Below are positions 62,185-64,000 of a stretch of DNA of 64,000 nucleotides, in pieces (within the stretch, counting starts at the first letter, position 1; each line of letters begins with the position of its first letter). The notes under the pieces are model-generated. The model was not told the DNA's origin. It made no database searches and saw only the letters and a list, made by a program, of their open reading frames with translations. Location: NCBI GenBank assembly GCA_010909165.1, contig MU008169.1, forward strand, positions 806,001 through 870,000, given 5' to 3'. The translations under genes were made by a program, and so were the position numbers. The DNA is from Anthoceros angustus. Its lineage: Eukaryota > Plantae > Anthocerotophyta.

Positions 62185-64000
62185 TCATTGAAACACCGAT
62201 TAGGAAGATCGTCACGAGGCCACGAGACACTCCGAGCTGCTCTTGTCGGATCGTTCTCTTGCCTGCCTGCTACCCGGGTTTTCGACATACATGCAAGCAC
62301 TTGTCCCGTGATCATCCAATGTCCCTTCCCTCATCAGTTCTTGGGTTTCTTCCCACACTTCAGCCCTGTGGACACTCTTCGCTGCGCATGCGGTGACCGC
62401 CAATAAACTGCCTGGCTTTTCACCATTTCTCCTCATGCTGAGCGGAATTCTGGCTATGTGTGAGAAGTCCCCGTCTCACCATCGCGGTCTGTAAAATGCC
62501 ACCGAGTGCAATGGATCTACTCCCATTGCCGGTCCGTGTGTGGCATCAGCGCCAAGCAACACATCATAATTTCTTGCATTAGATACCAACCTCAATGACC
62601 GAAGCATCCTCGGTGCTTGGCTTGAGCTGTATGCGAATCGGATCCCGAGTGATCCCCATCACTTGCTCTTTGGTACCCGCAGACGTGGAGATGCGCACCT
62701 CACATGGCTTCAATTTGTCTCCGTATAGCTGGAGTGCCTTCTGCACACGGGCACCAAGCAGCACTGGATCCGCACCCGTATCTACCAGCACACATTCTGG
62801 GGCAATTCACTGTGACTTCTCGACCTTGATTGTCCACCATGGCGACGCCCCCTTTTCCTCGGGCAGCTGATTTCAAATGTTCACCACACAAGCTGGTAAG
62901 CCCGAACACTATGTCGACCTTTGCGGATGCCTTTTTCATCCAGGCCTGCATTGCCTGCTTGAATGGCTGCACCTTGACTCCCAGATCACGTAAGCTAACC
63001 ATGGGCATATCCATTGCCCTTTCCAGTAGGAGCTCCATACTGGGCGATTTTCTTTCTGAGGGGTTCACGGACTCATGATCCTCCACCTGCCTGAAGGCCG
63101 TGGGCATTTTGAGTTGATTTCTCGCCCTAATCCTTTTCCCTTTGACACCTTCCCCCATGACAATGTCACCTTTCATACCAGGGGCCACCTCCATGGTCAT
63201 CAATGCATATACTTCTTGATCCGAGTCATACTCCTCCAAAGGTGTGTTTGCGACTCCTGGTGTGCTTGCATTCATTGCCAACTGCTCTTGCAGTCTGTGC
63301 ACCTCACTGAGAAGCGCCTTTCGAGTGTAACCCACCGACGGTTTTATTTTGTCACCCAGCCGATCCCCAGCTCCTTTGGGCTTAAATTCTGGGTGAGCTT
63401 GCCAACATGCTGCCTCCATGTGACCTGTTTTGGCACAGGTCCTGCACACCTCCTTTTCCTTAGCTCCACCAACTCGGCATTCAAAGGCTTTGTGCGCACC
63501 CCTGCATCGCAGGCACTTTACCGTTGCCTTGGTGCTGACCGCACTGTTGGCTGGACGTTCCCTGGCAGGTGAATTTCTCCGCAGAGCATTCCCTTGTGAC
63601 TGTTCACGATGGGAGGTCCTTCCTTGTAGCTTTTGTGTATTTGCGGCATGCTGGTGCCCTTTGACGAGATTATGTTCTTCCCAATATGCACTGGTCACAG
63701 CGTCTCCTTTCATGACCCTTTCCGCCATTTCATAAGCCTGCTCCAACTCATAGTTTGCACCATGCAGCATGTGGAGAAAGTTAGCAATCACCCTCCTCTG
63801 TCTACCCGGAAGGGCGGCTATGTAGATTTGTGCGGCTTCCCGCATCGTCTTCACTCGTGTGTCCTTTACCAACTGCCTTAATCTCAGGTACGCCGACCTA
63901 AGGGGCTCATTGGGCTTGATGATGAATCTCGACAGCTCCTGGATCTTTTCTATGGAAGATACCGGAAACATCTCTACAAACCTGCTGAACATTTCATCCA
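62185..64000 (-). mobile_element. Ty3/Gypsy-like gag plus aspartic protease, running off the window edge
   Basis: 430-aa ORF with two zinc knuckles (CLRCRGAHKAFEC; CRTCAKTGHMEAAC), followed in another frame by LVDTGADPVLLG and YDVLLG; no RT or LTR recognised in the window. Confidence 0.75.

Overview
This is eukaryotic land-plant nuclear DNA. PLS-class PPR relics, short GT-AG introns, a Met-primed Ty1/Copia element and a Ty3/Gypsy gag-protease support that; a non-seed plant is a guess. No intact protein-coding gene is visible. Almost the whole window is a scrambled amplicon of one ancestral cassette: [unknown gene relic, -] [CLASSY/DRD1-family SNF2 chromatin remodeler, +] [PPR relic, -] [tRNA-Gly-like relic, -] [AT-rich and simple-repeat spacer]. 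More than 20 CLSY/DRD1 fragments of different ages occur in both orientations. The right half forms a nested, interrupted fold-back (A-B-C | C'-B'-A', about 25-60 kb) centred on a 78-bp loop at 46409-46486. In its youngest part, sense CLSY pieces alternate with antisense Copia pieces, and nearly every switch sits on an exact 9-12 nt microhomology with no inserted bases. The best candidate for an undescribed system is a template-switch-built hairpin/siRNA locus aimed at an RdDM core remodeler and a resident retrotransposon; this is inference. Amplification chimeras, misassembly and long-read indels remain real alternatives and must be excluded. Fragment boundaries are approximate unless a junction sequence is quoted.
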